Counted from the whole stretch's first letter, positions 26,150-38,635 are shown. The stretch is DNA of 63,421 nt, filler included, from Chiloscyllium plagiosum (GCF_004010195.1; 5 parts of one record of this genome joined end to end with filler, not necessarily neighbours in it); one strand, 5' to 3'. Translations and numbers: made by a program. Notes: generated from the sequence alone by a model not told the origin.

Positions 26150-27190
26150 AAAATTGCTTTTAGGCATAATATTATTAAGGTCTCATATAAGGCACAGAGA
26201 GGATGGCTGGAAGATTTGGAAAAAAAAATATCCAGCATATCTGTCATATAGAAGTGTGGCTCTCAGGAAAGATAAGAAAGTCGTCCAAAATTCTCCGGTA
26301 TTCCTGTATCAAAATGCTTTTCAGCTTTTAGAACAGCTGAAGGGGATTGTCTCTCTGAGGAAAATGGAAGAGCAGTCAATTATTGGACACGTGGAAAGAT
26401 TCTTATGTTCAGCAGCGTTTGAGAAGATTTAGTAGAATGATTGCTTCAGTGGACTTTTCTATCAGGGACATTAACAGAAGATTCTGTGGCAGTGACCGTT
26501 AATTGAGGAGGGTTTGTTGATTTCCCTGTGCTAAGATTAAGAACGTGTCGAAACATTTCAAGCACGTTGTTAAAGGTGAGATTGAGTAGCCATACATTAT
26601 TGTAGATATTGGCAGGAATTATATTTTTAGGGAAAGATTAAAGCAGTACAGAGTGAACTTAAGAGGAGAGGTAGAATATTAATAATAAAGCCTTTAAAGC
26701 AATACTTTCTGGTTTACTCCCAATGCAAAACCCAACTGGGAAGGAACAAAAGGTTAACGGAGAAAAAACAACGGCTGAAGCGCTACTATGTTGATGATGG
26801 GTTTCGATTTTTGGGAAATTGGAATCTATTTTAGAATAGAAATGACCTGTTCAGAAAGGATTGGTCTAAACTAAACTGGAAAGCAGCCAATATCTTAGCA
26901 GGGAGATTTGCTCCTTCTAATGTAGGGAGACTTTATTTTGATAGAGTTGACAAGGGGGATATTCCAAGTAGAATTATAAATGGTACGATGGATGGAGAAG
27001 TTTATGAATGTGAGGAGAGCACGTCAATTAGAAAAGAAAAACGAGAGAGTTAAAAGTATATAGTAATTATGAAGCACGAAATTGCATTTATTTCAAGTGA
27101 GGCGTCTGACAGGGGAGGCTGATGAACTCGGGGCATGTTTAAGAACATGGGATCGGGACGCAATATGTACTACAGAAAATTGGTTGAAAG
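26150..27190 (+). mobile_element. old, AT-shifted CR1 ORF1 esterase and ORF2 start
   Basis: DFSIRDINRRFCGSDR*LRRVC*FPCAKIKNVS..VVKGEIE*PYIIVDIGRN; NCIYF..LTGEADELGACLRTWDRDAICTTENWL. Confidence 0.75.
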
Positions 27191-27191
27191 A

Positions 27192-27280
27192 TGTTCCTGA
27201 AGAAGGGCTTAAGCCCGAAACGTCGATTCTCCTATTCCCTGGATGCTGCCTGACCTGCTGCGCTTTTCCAGCAACACATG
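27192..27280 (+). mobile_element. PLE-derived short repeat with minimal hammerhead ribozyme
   Basis: CTGAAGA-AGGGCTTAAGCCC-GAAACGTC (27197-27224) followed by gattctcct...gatgctgcctgacctgctgcgcttttccagc. Confidence 0.75.
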
Positions 27281-27348
27281 AGCTATTCAGTGATGATTAA
27301 ACAATTATTTTTCTTTTCTAACCCCAAAATTCGTGTAATGCAAGAATT

Positions 27349-29870
27349 ATGAATTTCCATCTGTTATTTCAATATTACTTTAATTTACATTGTTAATATT
27401 ATGATGAATGTTACGACATTTGTGTCACCATCAGGAAGTAAATTAATAGATAAAGATAGTCAACATATGATGCAGTCAATGACATTTGGTATATAAAGCG
27501 ATTTTAATAATTGTGTCATTATTGTACAATGATGGATAATGTTGGAAGAGAAACGGCAAAAAAATTCAACATGTTCCAAGGAAATATTTCATTACAATGA
27601 AATCAAAGCAATAATCATTTTGCAGTGCATACGATTTGAAATAGCATTTCATTTAATGTGACGTATCCACTGAGACTACTTTCCTTTTTACAAAAATGGA
27701 GGACTTAACTTAGGGGTTTTGAATTATACAACATAAATTGTTGGAATTTGAATTTTCTCTGGCACGTACACAAAGAAAGGAAACTTAAAGGTTTTTAGAA
27801 TGACAAAAAAATCATTTTTAGAGTTATTACATTGCAGACAATATCTGTGATAAATTAGAATTATTGTTTTAAAAAGACATAACTCATCTTCAATTACGGA
27901 ACTGAAATATAGGATATCAGTTGCACATATTGCATGGAATAGTAAACAAATGCTTACTGTTATCATTGGTCTCAGGAACAATAAGGTACGAAATCAGGTT
28001 ATTCTACTGAACAGTAATCAGGTGGTTATGAAGTCCTTTGTGTTGCTTTATGTGCACTGTTTAGCGTGAACATTGATTTCAATAAACTTGAGATACCTAC
28101 ATAAATTAGGAACAGATTGATAAGTGGTTTGAAAGATCTTTTTTTAAAATCAGACAGTTGTTGATATTTACTAGGATTGCTGACTGAAACGTTCTTAAAC
28201 CATCATGCAATTAATATGATAAGTGAGAGATATGGAAAGTCAGCTTTCAAATGAACACACTCTAATATTTTCACAGCATTTGAATCTCATATTCAATATA
28301 AATTGGTGAGTAGAAAACACAAAACAAATTTAACGCAATTCATAAACTTATAAATAATTATAAACTGATAAATAATAACAAGTGGCATTTTTAAAAATTT
28401 TACTGAAGAAGTAATTGATTTTTCACCAATTTATAGCACTGGAGCATAAGGTTCTATGTGCTGCTTGAACTAAGCTCTTCAGGACAAAACAAAATTACTG
28501 ACTATCATTACTTCATATATTTCATCTTTAAGATGCATTATTCTCAAATACTTTCCAAGGAAAATTGATTGAGTGGAATTAGATACATCATGTTATTAGT
28601 GACCCGAAGAAACTATATAGCAGATACTGTGATTATTGGAGTGAACAACAGATAGAAGCCTGTTTAACGTTGAATTGAAAGGCAATTCAATCAATTCTCA
28701 GATATTTTCTAATCAAAATTCAGAAATGCTAGTTCTGAGATTCAGAGATTCAGCTCTGTGCAAGGTGGAAATTGAAACCGTGACCCTTAGTCTAGTTGGA
28801 GAGACACTACCAGAACTGTACAAGATCCCTTCATGGTGTTCCCACCCAGGATGTGCAGGGCTGTAATCACATGCTCACTCTGGATATTCAAGTGAAAACT
28901 AATCAGATTATTATTGTCCTAATTAGATTGGAATTAATTAGATGGCTCCTGTATGCAATGGACAGAGAATGAAATAGTAATTTACTATAATGACGTAATG
29001 AGTCAACAAATGTCTAAATTAAATATGAAAATCATGATAATTTCTGGAAGAGAAATTGACACAATTGTGTGATTACAGTCTACTCATAAATAAAAATGAA
29101 TAAAATCATTCTATATATTCATAAGAGTTTCCCATTTTATGAAATTAAAACTAAAATGGTTTTGCTCTGCATGTAAATTGAAACAAAATGATGAATTCGT
29201 CAGTCAATGTGACTTTAGCTGAAGACAACTTCCATTCTTTCCAGAAACGTGTGAATTCTAAGAACTCAGCATTTATTGTGATTGTTTAATGAAACAAGAC
29301 AGATGTCAATCCGTTCCTGTTTACTTCAAAAAAAGTGAATTAAATTGATTTTGCACATGAAAAGTAGTCGAATGACATTTTGATAAGAAACACTGCGAAT
29401 ATCAGCATTGAAATAATTTATAATCAACTCAGTTCAAAAACGTTTCCATGTTTAAAATAAATACAATATTCACAATGATTGAAAAATTGTATATTGCAAT
29501 ATCCCTGCATTAGCTATTCTATGGAAATATAATTCGACACATAAATACATCCCTTCATGGATTGAACAATTGTTAGATATTAGCAACAAATTGATTTTTA
29601 AAATTCGATTAGTCAATTTAAGAATAATGAGTATCTCATCTTGATATTAGACTGAGAAATATTTAGAAATGAAGAGTACTATTGCCGGGAAAAGTAAGTG
29701 GAATTCCCCGAATTTCAAAGATTGAGATTACTGTGATTTTTCAAACAAGCAAACTTCAGATATTTGCAAATAATGTTGCCAGGGATATTATTGGTCTTTT
29801 TGCGTTTGCATTCAACTGTACAAATAGGTATTCATATTGTAGCATTGGTAATAACAAATAATGAATGAAA
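27349..29870 (+). pseudogene. degenerate class I viral fusion glycoprotein (env/F-like) gene
   Basis: Read through stops and frameshifts in order: hydrophobic N-terminus; N-glycosylation sequons; GTKSG-ILLNSNQVV (~27985); LLGLLTETF..AINMIS then heptad-like NAIHKLINNYKLINN..FHQFIALEHKVLCAA*TKLFRTKQNY*LSLLHIFHL*DALFSNTFQGKLIEW; Cys-rich ACKLKQNDEFVSQCDF..ETCEF..YCDCLMKQDRCQ..FCT; IPSWIEQLLDISNKL; TM-like LHSTVQIGIHIVALVIT. Confidence 0.55.
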
Positions 29871-30020
29871 TAATTTTTAAAAAACTGCATTATATTTGTT
29901 ACAAAGTCAACGTTAAAGTGCTGTGTAATTATTGTAATTGATCATTGTTTCCAGAATCCTGACGGGTAAATTTACTTAACATTTTGGAAGCACTTTGCTC
30001 TGATGTTTATTCGATATTCA

Positions 30021-30185
30021 TTAAGATTGATAAGCTGAAAATTAAAATATTAAAGGTATTTTTATAATTTGAAAAACAAATTCCGCAACCATTGAACAAA
30101 ATTGTTTTTGTTCAATGGTTGCTGAATTTTTTTCCAAATCATAAAAATACCTTTAATAGTTTAATTTTCAGCTTATCAATCTTAA
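30021..30185. repeat. ~165-bp inverted repeat (hairpin)
   Basis: ~80-bp arms with about five mismatches around the apex ttgaacaaaattgtttttgttcaa; the apex recurs as a second hairpin at ~30187-30222. Confidence 0.92.
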
Positions 30186-30720
30186 CGCATGTTTGAACAA
30201 AATTGTTTTCGTTCAAGCATGCAGGCAATGCAAGTGTTATATGTTTTTTTCCTGTAGTTTTCTTGTAGAGTCTTTACAATTTTATTAATGTAATTTTTAT
30301 CATGATAAATATTGCAACACTTATGTCAGAATTAGAAGGAAAATAACTAGACCATGAAAATGACTAATATTGTGCAGAAAAGTTAGAGTAATGACACGTG
30401 GTACAGAAAGGAATGTTCATAATTCTGTGATTATTATTCATTGTCAACTAATGTTTGGTAGAAAAAAGAAAATTGTCAACATTTCCAAGTATTTTTTTCT
30501 TGTAACGAAAGTAAAATAAATATCATTTTGGAAGGCACATAATTTGAAAAAAGGAAACAGTACTTTAATGTGACATTTGAGGTAAAGCCTACTTTCATCC
30601 CCCCCGCCCCCAACCCCACTGAAGTCCTTATTTAGGGTAAAAAAAACTATAGCAGAGAGGTTTCAGAAGGTATTCTAACTCATACTTGTACAAAGTAAGT
30701 AATTAACTAACTAAGCAGAG

Positions 30721-30955
30721 ATGGCTGGGCAGGTGATGTGCTGTTGCTGTATGATGTGGGAGCTGGCTGATCCCATTGTGAACGGCAGTGACCACATCTG
30801 CAGCAAGTGTTGGTTGCTGGAAGAACTCCGGATCAGAGTTGATGATCTGGAATCTGAGCTTCAAACACTGCGGCACATCCGGGAGGGGGAGAGTTACCTG
30901 GATGCTTTGTTTCAGGAGGCAGTCACACCTGGGAGATTAAGTAATTCACATCCAG
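30721..30955 (+). mobile_element. CR1 ORF1 N-terminus (Zn finger/leucine zipper), cut by contig end
   Basis: MAGQVMCCCCMMWELADPIVNGSDHICSKCWLLEELRIRVDDLESELQTLRHIREGE. Confidence 0.88.
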
Positions 30956-31055
30956 NNNNNNNNNNNNNNNNNNNNNNNNNNNNNNNNNNNNNNNNNNNNT
31001 TAATTAATTAANNNNNNNNNNNNNNNNNNNNNNNNNNNNNNNNNNNNNNNNNNNN
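30956..31055. other. artificial contig linker
   Basis: N44-TTAATTAATTAA-N44. Confidence 0.95.
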
Positions 31056-31254
31056 GGGGGGGGGGTGTTGAACAAGCTCACTTCCTAAGTTCTTGAAATC
31101 TATTCGTTCCATAATAAAAAGCACAGTTTTTGAGATAAAGCTTTTATTGCCCTATGAACCTGCTGTTACAAAACAGCAGGACTGCTCCCACTCAAATTAT
31201 AATTGTTGCTGGTACTTTTAGTCTAAAATGTGAACAAATTCACTGCCACACACA

Positions 31255-31615
31255 TAAAGGGTTATTAAAGGGTTGGACACTCTGTAGGAAAGAAACATGT
31301 TTCCGCTGATGGGTGAATGCCGAACCAGTGCACACATACGGGATAGACCATTTAGGACAGAGATGAGGAGAAACTTCTTCACCCAGAGAGTAGTGGCTAT
31401 GTGGAATGCTCTGCCCCAGAGGGTATTGCAGGCCCAGTCTCTGGATGCATTTAAGAAAAAAAATGGTTAGAGATCTCAAGGAAAGTGGAATCAAGGGTTA
31501 GGGAGATAAGGCAGGGACAGGATACTGATGAAGGATAATCGGCCATGATCATATTGAATAGTGGTGCAGGCTCGAAGGGCAGAATGGCCTACTCCTGCAC
31601 CGGTTGTCTATTGTC
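31255..31615 (+). mobile_element. CR1 3' end
   Basis: FRTEMRRNFFTQRVVAMWNALPQR followed by the gaagggcagaatggcctactcctgc tail. Confidence 0.88.
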
Positions 31616-33069
31616 ACACACGCACCCGCCAACACAATTCTACCTGTCATCTTTAAACTATTCCTGCTTCTTCACAAACCTCCTTGCAGCTTCCTTAACT
31701 ATTCCAAAACACTAATCATACCTTTTATTTTACAATATTCTGATTTTCAACGCCACATTCTTGGCACATAATAAAATTATGAAATTAACACCGAAAGGAA
31801 AAGCGCTTTGAGAAGCAAGCCCAACCAGACACCTCTACTTACGTGAACCACTCTGGAACTTCGATAAGTCATTTTTCAAATTTCCACCCTTCCGTTTAAA
31901 TCCAGTTTTCTATCCCTGCCTTAATTCCATGCCAATTAATTTTATTAACGGTACCTTTTCAAATAGTGATTTTTTAAAGAAGTGCATGTACACACCCATC
32001 ATATCTGCACATCTCAAATTTGCGATTTTCCAAGCACAGTCATCACTTTTGAAATTTACTGTGACCATTTTATTTCGCAATCACCTGGTTCTTCCTGTTC
32101 TATCTTTAAAAACGTGCATTTCCAACAAATCTTTCATGTGATAAAACAAGCCAAGTAGCTCCACAGAAATAGAATAAAACATATTACTGAGCCTCATAGA
32201 GTTCCAAGGGCAGATGTGAAATATTTCATACAGTTTGAGTATATTGAAGGAGGAAAGCGACATAGACAGAAGCAAAGTTCAGGGAAGGAATTAAAGAGGT
32301 CATTGTCTTAGTAACTGAAGGCTCTTCCATTAAAATTGAAATTCTCAAAGACTGTAATTAAAGGAATACAAATCCTTTGCCTGCAATGTATAACCATGTA
32401 CATTATCTTAATTTGTGCAATGATTGGTTCTATCCTTCACAAGCGGGGTTTCTGGAATTGAAAACAATCGTCAAGTCTCGAAGTAAGCAAGGCATTGACG
32501 AGGTTTCTGCAGTGGAAGAACGGATCTGGGGCAGAGATCGATAATCAGAGATTTAGGACACTGTCGAAGCAGGCCTTTTGGCCTTTTGAGTCCACATCAA
32601 TCCTCCGAAGACAAGCCAACCCACAGCCCTCTTCTCCAGCTATACACCTGCATTTTCCATTGCTCATTCACCAAGCCCAGTCATATTTCCAATGCCTTCA
32701 CAAAATTCCTATACTTTCCCACATTTAATTTCCAATTCCACTTCAGAATTCCCATTCTCTACCACTCCGGTTTCCAATACCACTCAGAATATCTATTTCA
32801 TCCCACTCCCCTGTATCCCATTCCCACTCAGAATTCCCATTCCCCCTCACACCTACATTTGCCATTCAGCCTGAGATCTCCCATCCTGCCAACAGTTTTT
32901 CCAATTCTCTCTGCCTCCTGTTTCACATTTTCTTTCAGAACATCCATTCCCGGCTACTCTTATTTCAATTTCCGTCTCAGAAATCTTATTCTTCCTCACT
33001 CCCATGTTTCGTATTCCCTCGAAAGAATTCTTGTTCCCAAACAATTCCCAATTTTCCTTGCTTCCAATC

Positions 33070-33143
33070 GCTCACTGTGGCGCAATAGTTTATCTGTTCG
33101 ACTGCTCACGGAAAAGGTAGTATTGTGAAACACTGTAGAACCG
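33070..33143 (+). pseudogene. tRNA-Asn-like pseudogene
   Basis: ctgtggcgcaatagtttatctgttcgactgctcacggaaaaggt resembles the vertebrate tRNA-Asn 5' two-thirds; the T-arm is destroyed. Confidence 0.5.
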
Positions 33144-33951
33144 GAAAACTTCCTTACTTTTGCCCTGACTGACCATACTCAATGAAATATTCCCAGATCC
33201 TCAGTTGAGGATGTTTGCTGCTGGAGGTTACCTCAGAAACCCTGTTAAATCATAATGTATTGAGCGAATCGCAAAACAGAAAGCATTTAACACGGAACAC
33301 AAACAAAACTGGCATAATTAATGCATTTTCAGACACAGCGAAGCATGAATACTAAATGTCAGACAGTCTGGGGGCATGAACCATATACTAATCTCACAAC
33401 TAACAGTAGGGCAATCCCAAACTAGTCTTTCAAACATATTGGAGCCTTAGTGCACCACCACTTCCCAGAAGAGTGCTGAAAAGAGAGAAAGAAAGAACAT
33501 AATAAGAATGGACCATAAAAAGTGAATTTCACCAATCACAGTCTCGATTGGATTACCTTTCCGTTCCGATTTCTCCTGGACAGAAATGAAGGAAATGAGA
33601 GAAATTTAAGAACATAGGACGGCGCAATTCATTGGAATTATTTTCCCATTCGCCGGAAAATCAAATAACGACGAGGAGAGTAACTGCAGGACTTTGTTTC
33701 ACACCAGCAATGAAATAAGAGTCTCCATTGGGTTCCAGTAAAAACTCAACTTGCCTGAAACATAAAGCAGGACGAGAGCTGCTCAAGCCTATGATTTACC
33801 ATGTGGGAGGCAAACACGTCATGACAGCACGGACACTGACCAATTCGAGAGAGTCTGCACTCTCCCACACTGTAGTTAATTCTCCAAGAAGCAGACCTGC
33901 AGTTTTGCTTTGACTACAGCACTTCAACACGCTGCAGCTGATGAGCAGAAA

Positions 33952-34033
33952 TTGCAACGGTAGGATTCGAACCTACACTACCTACCAAACATGAACTTGA
34001 ATTCAGCTTCTCAGTCTGCTTGGCCACGCTACA
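33952..34033 (-). pseudogene. tRNA-Leu pseudogene
   Basis: Reverse complement tgtagcgtggccaagcagactgagaagctg...gtaggttcgaatcctaccgttgca; the acceptor stem and T-arm pair, while the D and anticodon arms are decayed. Confidence 0.75.
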
Positions 34034-34941
34034 ACAGTGAAGTTTGCGGTGTCTGACCCGCAGGACACCAGCAGGATTTTCAGATAGCGCCATCCTTCCT
34101 GTGACATGTGCGTGCTGGCTTAGATTCTGTTGTGTAGACGTGTCCCGCCTTTGCCAATATCACCGTGGTCTAACTCCCTACATTCTGTTGGTCGAACTGT
34201 GATTCCACTCAGAATCACAAATGTGTCACAAACCACCTTAGATATACTGGCACTCCACAGAGATAAATGTGTTTCTATTTTGGTCCCATTCTCTTGCCTT
34301 CTCCCTGTAACTCTGCACACTTTTACTTTCAACATAAACATCGAATTAGTTTTTAAATAACTCGTGTTTGTCAATGTTCGGCAGTTGTTTACAGACCCTA
34401 ATCAATCCCTATGTGAAAACGTTTCTTCTCATGTACATTTTTCTTCTTTTATTAAAGACTTTAAAAGACTGCCGAATCGTTCTCGACCCTTTCAGGCTTA
34501 GGGAGCATTCTCCCTTCCTTATTTCTTCTGTCTAAATCACTCATGTCTTGGAAAGGTTTAACAAGGCCAGCTTTCTTCCTTCTGCTCTCCAAGGAGATCT
34601 GTTCCAAGTTTCTAAATGACCTTTATTATTGGCATTCCTCATATACCACACCATTCCCATCTACCTCTTCAGCGCTGTTTCCAATCATTTCACGTCCCCA
34701 CTTCCTAAAGTTTCACATCCAGAGCTGTATGATCATCCAGATGGTGGACTTATTCAGAGTGGGATTGTGTGGTTGAGCATCCTGAAACACTTGTTTCGCT
34801 TTCACCACATGTGGTAATGTGCCATGCCCACTATTATGACACTTCTTACTCCAGAACTCAACGGTATTTCAAGGGGTGCAACTTAATGATTTTATCAAAT
34901 AGTAGTTAGGACGAACGGGCAAAAGTGAAATCAAACAACCA

Positions 34942-35027
34942 AGGCTCGATGGCGATTTGAAGTAAGACATTCTCACATGCCAGTATTAACACAAGCTGCT
35001 AAACGAAGATCATGCCCGAGACACTCT
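34942..35027 (-). pseudogene. tRNA-Pro-like pseudogene with an insertion near the anticodon
   Basis: ggctcgatggcgatttgaa..tctcaca [extra ~20 nt] aaacgaagatcatgccc aligns to the reverse complement of tRNA-Pro. Confidence 0.35.
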
Positions 35028-36529
35028 TACATGTCCAAAGCCAAAGCAGCTGACAGTCGCTCAGGTCCAACTGCATCGCACTGTGCTCTCGAATTTCTAC
35101 ACACCAAAGTGTCTCAATAATAACGCCTTCTCATTCCGTCTTCTTGTTCGCGGGACAGTGCTGTTTATTCCTTCTTGGACGAAGTTATCTCCATCAGCAG
35201 AATATTCAGCTACTACCCTCCACCTGCAAGCAGTGTGAGGAGAGGCAAGCGCGGTTACACTCTAAAGCTAGCTCTCATCGGCACAGCCAGTTATATCAAG
35301 TACTGGAAATCAGCAAGTTTGATTCGGAACTTCCTCCAAATATCCTTTATCTGAGACAGGGATAAAGATGTTGAGCTGGTGGGAAAGACAGAAATGTACT
35401 GTGGATTCTCTGACCTCAGGTAAATTTATGTGAGGGCTTCTTTGTGCTGTCTGTTGGCTGCTCAGAATCCCATCTTCATGCAGTTTTCCTGCAGAAAGTT
35501 TTTTGTTACAGTGACATCGGTTTGTCGGCTTCAATCGGGCAGCAGTGAACACCTGAGCCCCAACTGTCACAGATGAAGACAAACCGAGTGAAATCCTCAC
35601 TCACTGAGAGTCATCCCTACGGCCCTCAGCTGCGGGGCTGCAGACTGTCTAACGCAGACGATAGGTTACCAATGAGACATTGTTTCACCATCAGCCACTC
35701 TGTCCCAGAGACAGGAAAAGTGGCAGCATCAACGTGTGGCGTCACTCACGCGCCGACAGAAGGTGTTCAGCCCATCGAATCCATGGCGATTCTCTGTCGC
35801 TTGTATATCTCTGTGGTTATTCATAGTTGGTGATGTATGTCATAATAATGCGGAGCTGTGTCCGTATCGTAATGCTGTCTCCAACAAGTTGACCAATTGT
35901 CACTTATGGCTTTTCATTTTATGGGGAGAACACTTCTGTGTGAAACAGCATGGTGAATAACTGCAGGGCGTCATGCACAAAGAGCACTCTGCAACTGATG
36001 TATCTCACCTTCTCCAGTTTAGTCCCAGCTCTGGCAAGTTATTTTGCGAATCAGATCAAAGCAGACCGACAGTGAACAGGAAAAGAACTTCCAGAAATTC
36101 ACAAGTGTGTTTTCTCACTTGTGTAAATTTCCCTGGCTTATCAGTCCGAAATATTCATTTCAGATACATTGACTGAAACGAAGCAGTAAGCGAAACAACA
36201 TGCAATATGTGGAATGAAGCTCTGTTATAGAGAAATACTGGCAGGGGCAATTAGCACTGTTAGCGCTGACCATAGAAGTTTCACACAATCTTCAGCTTTT
36301 CGTCTGGCGTGTGACATAAACCTCAGAGGATGATTTGAAAAGGTCTTCACTATTACTGTGTGATGCTCTGTGGCGCAGATGTATTTTGGCTATGTCAATA
36401 TAACCTGTGAGTACCTTCTCACATTCTGTTGTTTTAACTGTGATTTTGCTCAGAATCCCAAAACATGTCACAGTGCAAAGTGAGGCCATGCAGCCCACCT
36501 TCGCTGTACTGGCACCAAACAATAAGGAA

Positions 36530-36910
36530 ATGTAGGGTGCAGGTTTGCTCGCTAAGCTGTATGTCTGATATGCTGACCTTTCATTACCTGGCTAGGTAAC
36601 ATCATCATTGGCGACCTCCAAGTGAAGCGAAGCCGTTGTCTCCTGCTTTCTATTTATATCTTTCTCCTGGATTGTCTTCCTCGTGTGTAGGGCTACGAGG
36701 AAGAGAGGGTCGTGTTTTTTGTGGCCAGCTGGTCTTCATGTATCTTGGTGGTTAACTTTCTTCTTGTTGTCCGACGTAGTGTTTGTGGCAGTCCTTGCAT
36801 GGAATTTTGTAGATAACGTTGGTTTTGTCCATGGGTTGTACTGGGTCTTTTAAGTTTGTTAATTATTGTTTGAGAGAGTTGGTGGGTTTCTGTGCGACTA
36901 GGAAATGTTT
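36530..36910 (-). mobile_element. Penelope-like element GIY-YIG/pLTR fragment
   Basis: Minus strand PMDKTNVIYKIPCKDCHKHYVGQ; decayed hammerhead at ~36575-36612. Confidence 0.75.
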
Positions 36911-38196
36911 GTGTGGTTCGACTGATTGACTTTATTTGATTGATTGATTGTCACATGAACCTGAGTACAGTAAAAAGCTTTTTTTGCGTTTGTTAAAGGC
37001 AGATCATAGTAATCAATGGCATGCAGATCACATCATGAGAAAAACAAAATTTTGAACAGATTAAGGCTTTCAGGTTACTCCGCACAGGACTTGCACTCGG
37101 CAAAATCCACATTAACAGGATCATCATCATTTGAATTTAGAGAATCAATTTCTCCGCCAAGTAACAGCCTACAAGAAGCTGCTGTTGTATGTCTTTAAGC
37201 TTCGGTACCTTGATCTGACCTCGATTTCATTAAAATTATAGCTTCTGAGTCAAAAATGGAACTGGAGGCAAAACTCCAGGGCTCAAGTATGTAACTTCTC
37301 GCACTTACATCACCCACCCGAGGCGATATCACACCCAAGACCAACAAGCCATACCGCAGCAGAAGCATGATCCATAAATCAGGTGAGTTTGCTTGTTTTA
37401 AAAAAAAACAATTCTGTTGTTTCGGAGTGAAGGCAGCACTGAATTTTAATAACAGTTCCTTGCCATTCTGAATTCCGATTCCCTGGAGGCAGTGCTAGCC
37501 ATTTCTCACGCGAGTGGGCTCCCACTCTTGGCAGCTGGACGTACTCATCTTTTCTTGGCAATCAGTGTCGTGGGAGAGCAATGTGAGTCCGGTCTTCAGC
37601 TCCGAATCAAACACGGGCTTGTGGAGCGCGGGAGGGGGCGAGTGGGAGTGGGAGTTATGAAAATGCTGGAAATCGGAACAAAAAAGAGATCACGCATTCA
37701 CAGGACCTCATCTTCTTTTAGGAACTTTGTGCAAATAACGCCATCTGAGACAGATAGAAAAGTGCAGAACTGCTGGGAAAGTGAGAATCGCTCCCAGTCA
37801 TCGTTAACATTGCCCCTGTCCTTCTCGAAGTCACAGCCAGGGTTCTGTTGTCTAAATCAGCATGGGATATTACTGCAGCGAGTCCTGTCGCTCAGGCACG
37901 CTGGACCTGAGGTGTATAAGCTTTCTCACGTTACCCCCAGTTCAGAGAAAAGATTTCACAGCTCCTATCATCTCAGAGTGACAGGGAACAGAAGAAAGCG
38001 TTTCAGACCATCATCTGAACACCTGCTGGGGAGAAAACGGACGTGCGAGAGCAAACAGTCTCGACCAGTGCATGTTTCCAGTATTTACCATTTTACTCTG
38101 TGTGACAACAAAAGCAGCAACCAGGTATGCTTATCTTGCTTCTTGAAAATTTGCAGAGAATAGATACATCTCCCTGCTGTTAGTGAAATGATGAAC

Positions 38197-38272
38197 AGCA
38201 GACTGCAGTTCACAAAGTATGGTATGACCCCTGAGTTATGGGCTCATCATGCTCCAACTGTGTCCCTCTGCT
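38197..38272 (-). pseudogene. initiator tRNA-Met pseudogene
   Basis: Reverse complement agcagagggacacagttggagcatgatgagcccataactcaggggtc; the AGCAGAG start and the gcc-CAT-aac anticodon loop are retained. Confidence 0.7.
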
Positions 38273-38635
38273 CACAGGATTTGAACACAAACAAATAAAC
38301 GACTCAGTGACAAAATCTGTTGAAACGGATCCTGTGAGGAATTGAAAACGATGGAATGAAAATCCTCTTGAGAGTGGGATGTAACATTATCTGCGAAGGG
38401 ATTGTTTTCCAGACTGGAGGAGAGTGCGCAGTGCTATTTCCATGGGTCAATATCAGGATAGATAGATTGAAACAGCGTCGAATGTTATTATAGGGAGCCC
38501 TGTCGCTTAGACACACTGCACCTTTTGTACAATAGTGCAAAAGCACAGACCTTTTGTGTAGAAAGGACAACTTGAAAATCGGTAATGAGGCAAAATGCAC
38601 GAATGAGCGAAATAACAAACCAACACAGAATCTGG

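Noticed and set aside
32586..33128. 180-aa ORF
   Set aside because: Arises from low-complexity C/T-rich (ttccca-like) sequence.
37492..38163. 223-aa ORF
   Set aside because: Non-ATG start, no recognisable domain or splice structure; likely a chance ORF in tRNA-cluster spacer DNA.
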